A stretch of DNA of 29,176 bases from an uncultured Planctomycetaceae bacterium (GCA_963976765.1 CAXBME010000013.1:186001-215176); one strand, 5' to 3'. Shown: positions 8,601 to 19,299, counted from the stretch's first letter. Notes: a model not told the origin generated them from the letters alone. Numbers and translations: made by a program.

Positions 8601-11600
8601 AGTTCCGAAAGATGCCGACGGTGCGAGTACGAAACTCTTGATGCCTCTTCGACGGCAGGGAACAGACCTTTGTACTGAAAGCGGAAACCGGTCGACGTTT
8701 TCGATAAGGCGACGTCGAACCACCGCTCACCGGTTCCGTAAAGGACCGCTCGGCGATGGATCGGATCGAGCTGCGAGAACGGGACGTCCAGCGGAATGCC
8801 GACGCTCTTCGACATCGCCTGGAGCATCGCCAGAAAGACGGAGCTGTTGCCCGGATCCGGCCAGACGGCGACGACTGCATCCAGCAAAGATCGCTGTGGA
8901 TCGCTGAGCAGAACATTCAGATCAGTGCCCTGCTGAATTCCCAGACCTTCGCATTCCAGACACCATCCCAGCGGACTGTTGAATGAAAAATTGTTGGGAA
9001 TCAGTTCTTCGAAACTGCGACCACATTCTTCGCACGCGCGGAACAGACTGTACGAGTCGACCTGCCAGTCCGTCTCGTCGCGGTTGTCATCGACCAGTGC
9101 CGTCCGCATGACGCCCTGTCCGAGTCCCAACGCGATCTCAACCGAGTCGGCAACCCGAGACCGCTGTGCTTTCTTCACGACGATCCGGTCGACGACGACT
9201 TCGACGTTGTGTTTGCGTTTTCGATCGATCTCCGGCACGTCTTCCAGTCGGTGAGTTGTGCCGTCAATGCGAACTCTCGCGTACCCTTGTTCGCGAAGGT
9301 TGTCCCACAAGCGTTCGTAAGCCTGCCCGACTCGGATTTCCTGCGGAGCCAGCAGCAGCAACTTCGTACCTTCTTCAAGAGAAAGCAGCCGTGCGATCAC
9401 TTCGTCGGTCGTCTGCGTGTTGACCGGAATCTGGCAGGCCGGGCAATGCTGAGTCCCCAGGCGGCACCACAGGATGCGAAGATAGTCGTAGATCTCGGTG
9501 ACGGTTCCGACAGTCGATCGCGGCGTCGAGCCAACACTTTTCTGCTCGATGGCGATCGACGGTTGCAGGCCGTGAATGTGCTCGACACGAGGCTTCGGCA
9601 TCTGCCCGAGAAACTGCCGCGCGTAGGCGGAAAGAGATTCCACGTAACGCCGCTGACCTTCGGCATAAAGAGTGTCCATGGCGAGCGACGTCTTTCCGCT
9701 GCCACTCGGTCCGCAGAACACGTTCATCTTGTCGCGAGGAATCTCGATGTCGATGTTCTGAAGGTTGTGCTGAGAGGCTCCGCGAACAGTGACAGCGCGG
9801 GGAGCGTTGAGAGACGAGAGTCGTGACGAATCTTTCTGCCATCGTAGTGTGTCTTCCTCGGAACTGTTGGCTCCTCGCTTCGCCCGACGTTTAATGCCCA
9901 GAACCGGTGCCAGCGCCGTCCCGGTGTGCGAGTCTGGATGAGCGGCGACAGCCTCGGGCGTTCCTGCGCAGACGATGGTGCCGCCGCCGGAACCGCCTTC
10001 GGGGCCGACGTCGATCACCCAGTCGGCCGTCTTGATGACGTCGACGCTGTGTTCAACGACCAGGACTGTGTTGCCGTTTTCGACGAAGCCGTGCAGCACT
10101 TCGAGCAGCTTTTCGACGTCTGCAAAGTGCAGCCCAGTGGTCGGTTCGTCGAGCAGGTAAATCGTTTGCCCGGTCGATCGTTTGCCGAGTTCTCGTGCCA
10201 GTTTGATCCGCTGCGCCTCGCCACCGGAAAGAGTGGGCGATGGTTGTCCCAGCTTGAGATAGTCGAGACCGACGTCGTGCAGCGTCTGCAACAGTTTGTG
10301 AACCTTCGGGACGTTTTCGAAATGCTCGAGCGCTTCCTGGACGTCCATGTTGAGGACTTCGGCGATGTTCTTTCCTTTGAAACGAACTTCCAGCGTCTCG
10401 TGATGAAAACGCTGAGCGTTGCACACCGGACAGGTCACCCAGATGTCGGCCAGGAAGTCCATTTCGAGCTTGTTGGCACCGTGACCTTCGCAGGCTTCGC
10501 AGCGGCCGCCACTCACGTTGAAGCTGAATCGCCCCGGCTTGTAGCCGCGAATTTTTGCTTCCGGCAGCTTTGCGTAGAGGTCACGAATCAGGTCGAACAG
10601 TTTGACGTACGTTGCCGGGTTGGACCTCGGTGTGCGTCCGATCGGCGACTGATCGATGTCGATGGCTTTGTCGACATGCTCGATGCCGGTGACCGATTCG
10701 TGATCGCCCGGCTGGCCTTTGCCCTTATTGATGTCTCGATTGAGCGTCTGCCAGAGAATGTCGTTGACCAGTGAACTCTTGCCCGAACCGCTGGCACCGG
10801 TGACGCAGATAAAACAGCCGAGCGGAAATTCGACATCAACGTTCTGCAGATTGTGATGCGTCGCTCCGTTGATCGTGATGAGTTGTCCGTTGCCGGGACG
10901 TCGTTCAGCAGGGACTTCGATTTTTCGATGACCGGAAAGAAACTGTCCCGTGATGCTCTTCTTTGATTTCTTGACGTCGATGACCGAGCCTTCGACAACA
11001 ATTTCCCCACCGCGGACGCCGGGGCCAGGTCCGAAGTCGACAATGTGGTCGGCAGCTTCCATCGTCTCTTCGTCATGCTCGACGACGATCACCGTGTTTC
11101 CCTGATCACGAAGATCGCACAGGCTGTCGAGCAGCATTTTGTTATCGCGCGGGTGCAGCCCGATGGATGGTTCGTCGAGGATGTAAACGACGTCGACCAG
11201 ACCGCAGCCGATCTGTCCGGCAAGGCGAATCCGCTGGCTCTCGCCGCCCGAAAGCGTCGGCGCCGTTCGCTCCAGCGTGAGGTAATTCAGCCCGCACCTC
11301 AGCAGGAAACCGGATCGACCGCGGATCTCTTTCAGAGCTTCGCCGGCGATGTACTGCTGCGTTTCGGTCAGGTCGAGCGACTCGAAGAATTGCCACGCGG
11401 ATTGAATATCCAACGCGCAGACTTCGGAGATGTTCAGCGTGGCGGGTCGTTGAACGTCGCGTCGACGACTGCTCTTCCTTTTTCTCTTCGAGCCGACCGA
11501 TTTGCTGTTGGCTGCCGAGCTGTTGAGATACTCTTGGCTGGTTGTGGTTAGCGAAACGGCTGCGGCCTGTCGGTTCAGGCGACTTCCTTTGCAGCGAGTG

Positions 11601-13003
11601 CACTTCACAAATCGCATGTGCTTTTCGAGTTGTCGTCGTCGCATTGGGTTATTCGTTTTGCGATAGCCTTCGAGCAGCTCGGGAATGAAACCTTCGAACG
11701 TGCCGCCGTGTTTCCACGTGCCACCTCGGTAGCCCCATTCATAAGTGATGTGCCGATCGCCCAGCCCGTACAGAAACAGCCGTTTCGCTTCGTCGGACAG
11801 GTCTTTCCACGGCGTTTTCAGAAAGCTGCCTTCTTTGAGATCAAGGTCGGTCTCAATGGCGCCTCCCACGCCTTTATAGATATGCCGTCGCCAGCGTCCG
11901 ATGCCTTTGATCGCTCCCAGCAGAGCCAGGCAACCGTTCCACAGCGATTTCTTCTCGTCCTCGATCAGCGACTCCAGGACGAACTCAAACCGCTCGCCGA
12001 GGCCGTTGCACTCATGACACATTCCCTGCGGGCTGTTAAAGCTGAAGAGTTGCGGCGACGGCGGTTCGAAACTGATTCCGCAATCGGTGCAGGCGTAATG
12101 CGAACTGAAAAGCTGTTCGGAAGTCGCACCTGGAACTTCGTCACCAGATTCTGCCTGCCGCCTTTTGCCTTCTTCCTTCACAACCAGCAGGCTGCCTTCG
12201 CCGAGTTTTAGGGCTTGTTCGATGGACTCGGCCAGCCGGGCACGCAAGGCTTTGCCAGCAATCATCCGGTCGATCACGACTTCGATGTAGTGACGCATTT
12301 GCCGGTCGAGTTTCAGGTCTTCCGACAGTTGCACGATCTCGCCGTCGACGCGTGCGCGAACGAAGCCCTGTTTCAGCAGGTCGTCGAAGAGGTCGCGGTA
12401 CTCGCCCTTCTGACCCTGGATAATCGGTGCGAGAATCTGGAACTTCGTCCCGTCTTCGTACCGGGCAATCGTGTCGATAATTTGCTCGACCGACTGCGCC
12501 GTGACTGGCTTCCCGCATTGATAGCAACTTTGCGTGCCGACCCGGGCAAAGAGCACTCGCAGATAATCATAAATCTCCGTGATCGTGCCGACGGTGCTGC
12601 GAGGGTTGCGTCCGCTGGTCTTCTGCTGGATCGAAATCGACGGAGCCAGCCCGGTGATCGAGTCAACTTCCGGCTTGGGCATCTGTCCCAGAAACTGCCG
12701 CGCGTAGCTGGACAGCGATTCGACGTACCGCCGCTGCCCCTCGGCGTAAAGCGTGTCAAACGCCAGCGAACTCTTCCCCGATCCGCTGACCCCGGTCATC
12801 ACGATCAGCTTGTTCTTCGGCAGCTTCAGCGAAACATCGCGCAGGTTATGCTCCCGCGCACCGCGGATAACGATCTCCTGCGACTCGGAACTGGCTTTGG
12901 CTTTGCGAGGTCTCTTCGCCGTTGCCTTCGGAGTTTTGCCGTCTGCTGTTCTTGCTGCTGCCGTTTTCTTCGTTGCTGCCGAGCCGGTTCCGCGTCGAGC
13001 CAT
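5666..13003 (-). CDS. uvrA: Excinuclease ABC subunit A, double-length (two fused UvrA units) with ~420-aa C-terminal extension
   Basis: Four Walker A motifs ([36 protein letters not shown]), four LSGGE signatures, four LDEP Walker B motifs, two [13 protein letters not shown] motifs and many CxxC zinc modules. Unit 1 is about 13003-9900, unit 2 about 9800-6930. Confidence 0.97.
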   Translation of the reverse strand: MARRGTGSAATKKTAAARTADGKTPKATAKRPRKAKASSESQEIVIRGAREHNLRDVSLKLPKNKLIVMTGVSGSGKSSLAFDTLYAEGQRRYVESLSSYARQFLGQMPKPEVDSITGLAPSISIQQKTSGRNPRSTVGTITEIYDYLRVLFARVGTQSCYQCGKPVTAQSVEQIIDTIARYEDGTKFQILAPIIQGQKGEYRDLFDDLLKQGFVRARVDGEIVQLSEDLKLDRQMRHYIEVVIDRMIAGKALRARLAESIEQALKLGEGSLLVVKEEGKRRQAESGDEVPGATSEQLFSSHYACTDCGISFEPPSPQLFSFNSPQGMCHECNGLGERFEFVLESLIEDEKKSLWNGCLALLGAIKGIGRWRRHIYKGVGGAIETDLDLKEGSFLKTPWKDLSDEAKRLFLYGLGDRHITYEWGYRGGTWKHGGTFEGFIPELLEGYRKTNNPMRRRQLEKHMRFVKCTRCKGSRLNRQAAAVSLTTTSQEYLNSSAANSKSVGSKRKRKSSRRRDVQRPATLNISEVCALDIQSAWQFFESLDLTETQQYIAGEALKEIRGRSGFLLRCGLNYLTLERTAPTLSGGESQRIRLAGQIGCGLVDVVYILDEPSIGLHPRDNKMLLDSLCDLRDQGNTVIVVEHDEETMEAADHIVDFGPGPGVRGGEIVVEGSVIDVKKSKKSITGQFLSGHRKIEVPAERRPGNGQLITINGATHHNLQNVDVEFPLGCFICVTGASGSGKSSLVNDILWQTLNRDINKGKGQPGDHESVTGIEHVDKAIDIDQSPIGRTPRSNPATYVKLFDLIRDLYAKLPEAKIRGYKPGRFSFNVSGGRCEACEGHGANKLEMDFLADIWVTCPVCNAQRFHHETLEVRFKGKNIAEVLNMDVQEALEHFENVPKVHKLLQTLHDVGLDYLKLGQPSPTLSGGEAQRIKLARELGKRSTGQTIYLLDEPTTGLHFADVEKLLEVLHGFVENGNTVLVVEHSVDVIKTADWVIDVGPEGGSGGGTIVCAGTPEAVAAHPDSHTGTALAPVLGIKRRAKRGANSSEEDTLRWQKDSSRLSSLNAPRAVTVRGASQHNLQNIDIEIPRDKMNVFCGPSGSGKTSLAMDTLYAEGQRRYVESLSAYARQFLGQMPKPRVEHIHGLQPSIAIEQKSVGSTPRSTVGTVTEIYDYLRILWCRLGTQHCPACQIPVNTQTTDEVIARLLSLEEGTKLLLLAPQEIRVGQAYERLWDNLREQGYARVRIDGTTHRLEDVPEIDRKRKHNVEVVVDRIVVKKAQRSRVADSVEIALGLGQGVMRTALVDDNRDETDWQVDSYSLFRACEECGRSFEELIPNNFSFNSPLGWCLECEGLGIQQGTDLNVLLSDPQRSLLDAVVAVWPDPGNSSVFLAMLQAMSKSVGIPLDVPFSQLDPIHRRAVLYGTGERWFDVALSKTSTGFRFQYKGLFPAVEEASRVSYSHRRHLSELVGEIPCSSCDGSRTRDDAANMRFQGKTLQQVCETPLGLALDFLQKIRLTGDDKRVAGDLLEEARGRMSFLVDVGLDYLTLQRTLPTLSGGETQRIRLAGQIGRALTGVLYVLDEPTIGLHPRDNARLLTALHRLRDLGNTMILVEHDREVIASADRVFDFGPGAGRFGGTITEEGTPKQLASRKKSLTGEYLGDKRQILIPETRRMASKTERTRDGENENRGKNKSSSPSHPNSPSLHLPPPGGGWLELLGARLNNLRDVDLRIPLGTFTVVTGVSGSGKSSLIEDTLAKALVKHFHRANEQPGPYDKLNGLGLVNKAIVVDQAPLGSTPKSNPGTYTGVFDQIRELFCRLPDSKVRGYRPGRFSFNRPGGRCDACEGDGQKKIEMHFLPDVWVECDECRGARYNRETLSVKYRGHSIADVLNLSIGQCLELFENIPKIRKTMSTLCAIGLDYLTLGQSATTLSGGEAQRVKLAAELARPNTGKTVYILDEPTTGLHFDDIDKLLKVLNSLVEAGNTVVVIEHNLDVIKTADWIVDLGPEAGIGGGWIVAEGTPEDLVDELRAKGREPGSGTKERRSHTAEQLVSVLAKGRRGTREIFDAAAEGKKRDGDVTMAQVGKDAKMPWEVDGRKWHTRDRIAHSGKPCRWEGDALDMIVEQLTADSPETAPKPATKKKPPRKKTKAASAALMSGADLLKAQQADTDEANSGSSSLQPSALSLKTIWNDSSTVEITGDDKRRGWFMHALTRDEWLLKLYFRVQRDCFDQDELAASLNLRNVDDINELPIYGRSDRVRVKNKPAGYQEILITVHWKSEIDTPEFREFLSAARASYIERVEATSTDVKDVAPWKVLGRKWHLMQKGFPAEKRPKWKKEVLETLLEAFDKVIPDGNVIWNERAYVRYRKPGSKDDWAVICTKRRVGIDLVITPDDESVGIGSVATLATEHEAVQAKNGKPAIRLRFDKLSQVKSAKLRDFLKKCL
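7884..7974. repeat. In-frame ~90-bp hairpin insertion of ~8-nt periodic purine/pyrimidine arms inside uvrA
   Basis: Arms 7884-7917 and 7941-7974 pair at 22/34 Watson-Crick positions plus 7 G-U on the + strand, around an AT-rich loop. The element encodes the low-complexity insert [30 protein letters not shown]. Confidence 0.7.
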
Positions 13004-13066
13004 GAGTTGGTCTATCGATGAAAATGCTTAGGACGATGGTCAATGGGTCAAGAGCTGACTCGGGAG

Positions 13067-13095
13067 AGTATAGAAGTCTACCCTGCCTGGCCCAA
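13067..13095 (-). promoter_or_regulatory. Putative sigma70-type promoter for uvrA(-mutM)
   Basis: On the minus strand, TTGGGC (13095-13090), a 17-nt spacer and TATACT (13072-13067), about 64 nt upstream of the uvrA ATG. Confidence 0.5.
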
Positions 13096-13148
13096 TTGAC
13101 TGTCAGCACATCGCTCGGCAGTTGGTCTCGCTGGTAATTCAGCTCCTT

Positions 13149-14615
13149 CTACGTTCCGAGATGTTTGGACCAGTCTTCGATAGTTTCTTCGATCCGTTGT
13201 CGGTCGAGTTCGTCGGGAGTCATTTCGGCCAGGGTGTGGCGGAGGCGGGAGATGGCGGCTTCGTGGTGGCCGGAGTTGTGGAGCATCCAGGCGTACTGGA
13301 TGTGGACCAGTGGGAGGTCCGGCGTACGGGCCATCGTGTTTTCCCACAGAGCCTGGTCGTTCTGCCAGACGGGCAGATGTTCGTAAGTGGCGATGATCAG
13401 TGGGATCGTCGCGGCCAGCGGAATGCCAATCCAGCCGCCGTTGACCGGTTGCTTACCGGTTACTGAGAGCTGCTCGGAGCGTGCAGCGCGGAAGGCATCG
13501 AGACGTTCGCAGCCCCATTTCACGCCGAAGCAGACGAGTGCGAAGAACGGAATGCTCGGCATGTAGAGGTAGCGGTCATTCATCAAAGTAGTAATCGGCG
13601 TCAGGTTGAGCACCGGCAGCAACAGCAGAAAGAATGACGCGGCAGCCAGTGGGACGAACGGGTGCGACTTGCGAACTTTCCAGCAGGCGAAGCCGACGAC
13701 TGCCCAGCAGAGACTCGCCACAGCAACCTGCGCCACGATGCCGGTTGTCGCCGGGTTATAGAGCACGCTTAACTGACGCGGGCATAACAGCATCGCGACG
13801 TAGTTCCAGAGGATGATCGAATCGACGGCCAGAATGTGCAGCTTGCTCAAAGCCATGTGATCGCGGATTCCGCCCAGTTCGGAAACCTGAGCTCCCATCG
13901 TGATCAGCAGAATCCAGACAGAGAGCATGCCGGGAATGAACTGCCGTGTTAGAGCGTCGGAAAACTTCTTCCGGCAGACGAGCATGTCGTACAGCAGGAC
14001 GATCGCCGGTACGACGACGGTCAGCGCCTTTGACAGAATTGCCAGTGCAAAAAAGACAAGCCCCCACAGTTCCTGCTTCGGAGTTCGCTCAGGACGCATC
14101 ACGCAGATCAGGTGAGCGAGGATGAACGCTCCGACAACGAGCCCCTTGATCGACGACACCCACGCGACCGATTCCAGTTGCACCGGGTGGATGGCGAAGA
14201 ACGCCGCCGTCGCCCAGCCAACGGATTGACTCTTCGCCAGCCGACTGATCAGTACAAAAACCAAAGCCGTATTCAGCATGTGAAACAGCACGTTGACGAT
14301 GTGGTAGCCAGCCGGTTCGATACCAAACAGCGTGTGCTCAACAAGCAGCGTGAAGATGATCATCGGCGAGTAGTTGCGGTTGATGACCTGCGTGGCGATG
14401 TCCCACAGGTTCGACGGGTGCCAGCTGCGGATGTGCTCGTTCTTGAGCACATACCACGGGTCGTCCCAGTTGACGAATTCAAAGTTGTGAACCGGCCAGT
14501 AGACAATTCCGGTAAGGACGATCAGTGACGCGATCAACCAGGTTGTCTGCGACTGAATGGCCTCTGAAAAGTTCCACGGAGTCGATTCGGGTTCTGTTGT
14601 AAGCGGCTCAGACAT
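13149..14615 (-). CDS. GT-C fold multi-pass membrane glycosyltransferase (TMTC/PMT/ArnT-like) with short C-terminal TPR-like region
   Basis: [10 protein letters not shown] acidic motif after TM1, [46 protein letters not shown] and VW-x-N-x-x-x-LW motifs. About 10-11 hydrophobic segments. Likely start ATG 14615 (MSEPLTT). Confidence 0.8.
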   Translation of the reverse strand: MSEPLTTEPESTPWNFSEAIQSQTTWLIASLIVLTGIVYWPVHNFEFVNWDDPWYVLKNEHIRSWHPSNLWDIATQVINRNYSPMIIFTLLVEHTLFGIEPAGYHIVNVLFHMLNTALVFVLISRLAKSQSVGWATAAFFAIHPVQLESVAWVSSIKGLVVGAFILAHLICVMRPERTPKQELWGLVFFALAILSKALTVVVPAIVLLYDMLVCRKKFSDALTRQFIPGMLSVWILLITMGAQVSELGGIRDHMALSKLHILAVDSIILWNYVAMLLCPRQLSVLYNPATTGIVAQVAVASLCWAVVGFACWKVRKSHPFVPLAAASFFLLLLPVLNLTPITTLMNDRYLYMPSIPFFALVCFGVKWGCERLDAFRAARSEQLSVTGKQPVNGGWIGIPLAATIPLIIATYEHLPVWQNDQALWENTMARTPDLPLVHIQYAWMLHNSGHHEAAISRLRHTLAEMTPDELDRQRIEETIEDWSKHLGT

Positions 14616-14969
14616 CGCGTCGCGCCTTTGCGTGAGATTCGAAAGTGTACATTTCACGACGGTGCGTCGAGAGGTTCCCTGCGTTGGCAGCAAATTCAGT
14701 CGCCCAAACATAGCTCAGCCAGGGCGAGCGTCGGTCGGGAAGGGCGGCGTGAGCCAGCATTCGACTCGGCACAAACGATCAATGCTGAGCGACATGCTCA
14801 GTCCATGGTTTTGTCACAACCGGACCGAACGCTAAAGTCGATTCTGCGTGTCAGGCTCTGCCGAACCGGAAGCGGTTACCTCCGCCGCTCTGGCTGTCGC
14901 GAGTTACACTTCGCGCGGACGATGACGAATTACAATCGGGGCAATGGTTTCATGGCAGGAGCGGGCGGG

Positions 14970-15836
14970 ATGACGGACGAGCAGGAACGACAGGCCGACG
15001 AAACTGCCGCGAACGGAGCGTCGGCCAGTGCCGTCGACCAGGTTCTGGAGTCGATCAACCCGATGCTTGCCAGCGTTCCCGGTCACTCGGAAGAGAAGCC
15101 GCGCGTCATCGCCGTCATGCCGGCCTACAACGCCGAAGCCACGCTGGAAAAAACGATCGCTGACATTCCTCGCGGTACCGTCGACGAGATCATTCTTGTA
15201 GATGATTGCAGCACCGATGGAACCGTCGAACTGGCGAGGAAACTCGGTCTGACCGTGATTGCTCACGAAAAAAATCGCGGCTACGGCGGCAACCAGAAGA
15301 CGTGCTACGCCCACGCTCTGGAACGAGACGCCGACTACGTCGTGATGATCCATCCGGACTATCAGTACGATAGCCGAGTGATTGACGTCGCTGTGAAGGT
15401 GATGCAGCTCGGCATTCTTGACTTCGTGATGGGTTGCCGGATTCGGACTCGCAAGGAAACACTGGACGGCGGCATGCCGGTCTATAAGTACATCGCCAAT
15501 CGAATCCTGACGACGATCGAAAACGTGCTGCTCGGTCAGAATCTCGGCGACTTCCACAGCGGCTTCCGCGCCTACAAACGGGAAGTTCTTGAGACGATCC
15601 CGTTCGAGTCGAACTCGGAGGACTTCGTGTTCGACAGCCAGTTCCTGGCTCAGGCTGTCCACTTCGGGTTTAAAATGGGCGACATTCCGGTTCCGGTCCG
15701 CTACTTCGACGAAGCGTCCAGCATCAACTTCGGCAGAAGCTGCAAATACGGACTGTCGACTCTGGGCGTGATGGGCGTCTATTGGCTCAATCGTCTGGGC
15801 CTTCGCCGGTCAGACCTGTTCAAACCCCGGTCGTAG
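14970..15836 (+). CDS. Glycosyltransferase family 2, DPM1/polyprenol-phosphate glycosyltransferase-like
   Basis: [34 protein letters not shown] and DFHSGFRAY motifs. Likely start ATG 14970 with AGGAG 8 nt upstream. The ORF-track start at 14628 extends across the divergent intergenic region. Confidence 0.9.
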   Translation: MTDEQERQADETAANGASASAVDQVLESINPMLASVPGHSEEKPRVIAVMPAYNAEATLEKTIADIPRGTVDEIILVDDCSTDGTVELARKLGLTVIAHEKNRGYGGNQKTCYAHALERDADYVVMIHPDYQYDSRVIDVAVKVMQLGILDFVMGCRIRTRKETLDGGMPVYKYIANRILTTIENVLLGQNLGDFHSGFRAYKREVLETIPFESNSEDFVFDSQFLAQAVHFGFKMGDIPVPVRYFDEASSINFGRSCKYGLSTLGVMGVYWLNRLGLRRSDLFKPRS

Positions 15837-15975
15837 GTCCGGCTTTGCCTGGTAAAGATTAAACCGAAGAGCCGTTTCACGTTCGCGGCACGCACTGTCG
15901 TGCGAGTGAATTCGGTTATGTCGAGCATGACCTGCACGGAATTGCTGCATCCACAGCGTCTCATATGACGAGTTA

Positions 15976-16004
15976 TTGATGGATCGGCGATAACCTGATA
16001 GCGT
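15976..16004 (+). promoter_or_regulatory. Possible sigma70-type promoter for the DUF1549/DUF1501 cluster
   Basis: TTGATG, 17 nt, then TAGCGT with an extended -10 TG, about 100 nt upstream of 16102. Weak match only. Confidence 0.3.
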
Positions 16005-16101
16005 GGTGAGTCGATTCCTGCCGGTTTCGGCTCGCTCAGCAAACGTCTGACCCTGGGCCAGAACCACGACGCACTCATTCCTTCCCGGTTCGACGGTCGC
16101 C

Positions 16102-17739
16102 ATGTTCCGAGCCTTACTCACATTTGTGCCTCTACTTTTCTGCGCCGTGCTTCCGGTTGACGCCGCAGAACTGCTTCCGGCTGATCAGCCTGTTGGATCT
16201 GTCATCGACCATTACGTTGACGATTTGATCAAGCAGAACGATGTCCAACCCGCCAGGCAGCTCGACGCGAACATTCTCATTCGCCGGCTGACGCTCGATC
16301 TTGCTGGACGCATCCCGACAACTGCCGAACTTCATGCGTACCTCGCTGCCGATCCTGTGACTCGTCGAGCCGAACTTGTCGATCGATTGCTTGCCAGTCC
16401 GGACTTCGTCGACCACCACCGCAACGAGTTGCAGTTGCTGCTTGAGTATCCCGACCGCCGCAACGACAACGACTTTCGTAAGTACCTCTTCTGGGCGACG
16501 GAGCAGAACCGTCCCTGGAACGAGATGTTCCGTGACATGCTGGCTGGCGACGAAAGCGACGAGTATCAAAAGGCGGCATTGCAGTTTGTTAAACATCGAG
16601 CACGCAATCTCGACGACCTGACCAACGACACGGCGGTCCTCTTCTTCGGTGTCAACGTGAGCTGTGCCAAGTGCCACGATCACCCACTCGTCGAGGACTG
16701 GAAGCAGGACCATTATTTCGGCATGCAGTCGTTCTTCAGCCGGACGTTTCTGACAAAGAAGCAGGATCTCGGCGAGAAGTTCTACGGTGAAGTCAAGTTC
16801 ACTACGACAGGTGGCGTCGAGAAGCAGGCGAAATTCATGTTCCTGAATGGGGCTGTCGTAGAAGACGCGACTCCCGAGCTGACGGACGAGTCCCGCAAGA
16901 AGTACGACGAACTCGTCAAGAAACTGCAGCAGGACGACAAGGTCGAAGTCTCGTACCCCGAATTTCGTCCGCGGCAACGACTCGTAGAAACGGCGACACA
17001 CCGGGACAATGATGACTTCCTGGCGAAGAACATCGTCAACCGAATCTGGCATCGCCTGATGGGACGCGGCATTGTTGATCCGCCCGACCAGTTGCATTCA
17101 GAAAATTCACCGAGCCATCCGGAACTGCTCGACTGGCTCGCGCGAGACACCGTCGCCCACGGTTACGACCTTAAGCGACTGATTCGAGGCATCGTGCTCA
17201 GCGCGGCCTACTCCCGGTCCAGTGAGTGGGGATCCGCCGCAGAGCCACCATCAGCTCACTACTTCGCCGTTTCGATTCCGAGACCTCTATCGCCGCGTCA
17301 GTACGCGATGTCGTTGCTCGTCGCGACGCGAAACCCGCCTCACTGGGATCAATGGCTGACAAAGCCCGCCGAGGACTGGAAGAAAGAACGAACCAACCTG
17401 GAAAACGGAGCAAACGGTTGGGCCAACCAGTTCGAAGTTCCCGGCGAGAACTTTCAGGTGGCCGTCGACGAAGCCCTTTTCTTCAGCAATAACGGCCGCA
17501 TCGACAACGATTTATTAAGAGACTCTGGCGACCGACTGGTCGGCTACATGAAGGAATTGAAAGATCCAGCCGCTGCGGTCGTTACAGCGTTCGAAGCGGT
17601 GAACTCGCGACAGCCCACCAACGAAGAGCAGGCAGCAATGTTTGAGTATCTGAAAGTTCGCGAAGAAAACGAGCCTGCAGCGTTGAAGCAGGTTGTCTGG
17701 GCTCTTTTGACCAGCCCGGAACTTCGATTCAATTACTAG
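16102..17739 (+). CDS. DUF1549/DUF1553 (PSCyt2/PSD1) domain protein, planctomycete-type, with signal peptide and one CxxCH
   Basis: Signal peptide ending ...VDA/AE. IRRLTLDLAGRIPT, CAKCHDHP, NIVNRIWHRLMGRGIVDPPD, PSHPELLDWLA, YDLKRLIRGIVLSAAY and a terminal WALLTSPELRFNY. Confidence 0.92.
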   Translation: MFRALLTFVPLLFCAVLPVDAAELLPADQPVGSVIDHYVDDLIKQNDVQPARQLDANILIRRLTLDLAGRIPTTAELHAYLAADPVTRRAELVDRLLASPDFVDHHRNELQLLLEYPDRRNDNDFRKYLFWATEQNRPWNEMFRDMLAGDESDEYQKAALQFVKHRARNLDDLTNDTAVLFFGVNVSCAKCHDHPLVEDWKQDHYFGMQSFFSRTFLTKKQDLGEKFYGEVKFTTTGGVEKQAKFMFLNGAVVEDATPELTDESRKKYDELVKKLQQDDKVEVSYPEFRPRQRLVETATHRDNDDFLAKNIVNRIWHRLMGRGIVDPPDQLHSENSPSHPELLDWLARDTVAHGYDLKRLIRGIVLSAAYSRSSEWGSAAEPPSAHYFAVSIPRPLSPRQYAMSLLVATRNPPHWDQWLTKPAEDWKKERTNLENGANGWANQFEVPGENFQVAVDEALFFSNNGRIDNDLLRDSGDRLVGYMKELKDPAAAVVTAFEAVNSRQPTNEEQAAMFEYLKVREENEPAALKQVVWALLTSPELRFNY

Positions 17740-17790
17740 CGTGGGCATTTCCTCCAATCAGGAACATCTGGTGGGCGGTGCTCACCATGC
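17738..17790. repeat. Degenerate REP-like inverted pair between the DUF1549 and DUF1501 genes
   Basis: AGCGTGGGCATTTCCTCCA faces TGGTGGGCGGTGCTCACCATGC. The latter has an internal GGTGGGC/GCTCACC palindrome resembling GTAG-type REPs. Confidence 0.4.
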
Positions 17791-17818
17791 AACTACAGAC
17801 ACCTGGCAGGACTCAGTC

Positions 17819-19126
17819 ATGGCACAACCGGGAAGCATTTTTTGCGGATCGTCTGATCATGGATTGTCGCGGCGAGGATTCCTCGGAGCGGCGGGCGCGG
17901 CAACAGCTGGAACGTTTGCTGCTGACATGACACGGCTCGACGGGCTGAAGAATCCACTCCTTGCAGGCGAAGTCAAACGTCAGCAGAAGAGCGTGATCCT
18001 GCTCTGGCTGGCTGGAGGCGCCAGCCAGTTCGAAACGTGGGATCCAAAACCGGGCCGACCAACCGGCGGCCCATATGCGAAAATCAAGACGAACGCGACC
18101 GACGTCCACATCAGCGAACTGCTGCCGAAGCTGGCTCAACGAATGAACCACACGGCAATCATCCGCTCGATCAATTCGAAGATCGGCGACCACGGCGGTG
18201 GTGCGTCGCTGATGGAAACCGGTCGCGTCAGCGACCCTGGTCTCGTCTACCCGGACATTGGAGCCATCGCCGCACGAGAACTCGGACGAGCCGACAGTCA
18301 GGTGCCGGACTACGTCTCGATGTACACGTCGACCGAAGGACGCCGCAAAGGAACCAGTGGGTTTCTGGGGGCTCGTTACGCTCCGATGTTTCTGTCGGAC
18401 AAGCAGATTCCCGACAACATGCGACGACTCGAAGCCATTTCGAACGACGACCACAAAGACCGAGCCGCGTTGCGTGACCTGCTTTCAAAGCGGTTCACTC
18501 AGTCGCGTTTCAGCGAAAAGGTCAACAGCCACACGACGGCTTACAGCCGGGTTCACGGGTTGATGTCCAGCGAGAAACTGTTCGACATCGAGCAGGAACC
18601 GGAATCCGTGCGAGCCAAATACGGACCTCGACAGTTCGCGCAACAGTGTCTGATCGCTCGCCGTCTCGTCGAGGCGGGAACCCCGTTCGTTAAAGTCGCC
18701 CGAGCCTGGTGGGACAGTCACGGCCAGAATTTTGAGACGCACCGCGAACTATGTGCAGACCTCGACCACGCTATGGCAACGCTGCTCGACGATCTCGAAG
18801 AACGTGGCCTGTTGGAAAATACGCTGGTGGTGACGCTGGGCGAGTTCGGTCGCACGCCGGGCATTAACGCCAGCCTCGGCCGCGACCACTTTGCCAACGC
18901 GTGGAGTTGCAGCCTGTCCGGTTGTGGCATCCGTGGCGGTTCGGTCTACGGGAAAACAGAACCGGACGGTCACACGGTTGCTGATGGCCAGGTCGGGGCT
19001 GCTGAAGTCTTCGCTACGATCCTCGAAGCTGTTGGTATTAACCACGAAAAAGAATACATGATTGGTTCACGCCCGATCCCGCTGGCAGACTTCGGGGCAA
19101 AACCGATCAAAGAAGTTCTGGCATAG
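17819..19126 (+). CDS. DUF1501 domain protein (alkaline-phosphatase/sulfatase-like superfamily), twin-arginine-like N-terminus
   Basis: SRRGFLG, ILLWLAGGASQFETWDPKP, ISELLPKLA, CLIARRLVEAG, WDSH, LLDDLEERGLLENTLVV and GEFGRTP...GRDH. Likely start ATG 17819. Confidence 0.93.
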   Translation: MAQPGSIFCGSSDHGLSRRGFLGAAGAATAGTFAADMTRLDGLKNPLLAGEVKRQQKSVILLWLAGGASQFETWDPKPGRPTGGPYAKIKTNATDVHISELLPKLAQRMNHTAIIRSINSKIGDHGGGASLMETGRVSDPGLVYPDIGAIAARELGRADSQVPDYVSMYTSTEGRRKGTSGFLGARYAPMFLSDKQIPDNMRRLEAISNDDHKDRAALRDLLSKRFTQSRFSEKVNSHTTAYSRVHGLMSSEKLFDIEQEPESVRAKYGPRQFAQQCLIARRLVEAGTPFVKVARAWWDSHGQNFETHRELCADLDHAMATLLDDLEERGLLENTLVVTLGEFGRTPGINASLGRDHFANAWSCSLSGCGIRGGSVYGKTEPDGHTVADGQVGAAEVFATILEAVGINHEKEYMIGSRPIPLADFGAKPIKEVLA

Positions 19127-19136
19127 AGGAATGCAG

Positions 19137-19198
19137 GCAGGTGCGTCTTGACACGCCGGGACATTGAAGAATCAGTGATGCGTCAAGACGCGCTCTAC
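19137..19198. repeat. REPIN-like inverted pair downstream of the DUF1501 gene
   Basis: GCAGGTGCGTCTTGACACGCC (19137-19157) and GATGCGTCAAGACGCGCTCTAC (19177-19198; reverse complement GTAGAGCGCGTCTTGACGCATC) share the core GCGTCTTGAC. The right copy ends in CTAC, i.e. GTAG on the other strand. Confidence 0.6.
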
Positions 19199-19229
19199 AG
19201 AAATTTTGGAATTCGTGTTCGTGATACTG

Positions 19230-19299
19230 GCCGCGAATTCTTACCGATGAACGCATGTTTTTCGGATCAAATCCGTGTTCAATGGTGAGAATCGGCGGC
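19230..19299. repeat. Long imperfect hairpin upstream of the WD40 gene, similar in style to 5559-5630
   Basis: 19230-19254 vs reverse complement of 19275-19299: 19/25 identical. Contains ATCCGTGTTC, related to the ATCCGTG units at 5611-5630. Confidence 0.6.

Noticed and set aside
5774..13021. Long antisense ORFs within uvrA (for example 7031-7756, 9926-10774, 12215-13021)
   Set aside because: Shadow ORFs expected from GC-rich codon bias opposite a well-supported gene. No recognisable motifs.
14628..14969. Upstream extensions of the GT2 and GT-C ORFs that would make them overlap
   Set aside because: Non-protein-like composition, and better ATG starts exist at 14970 and 14615.
14904..17097. 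Antisense ORFs 14904-15662 and 16132-17097
   Set aside because: They lie almost entirely opposite confident + strand genes and show mirror-frame composition.
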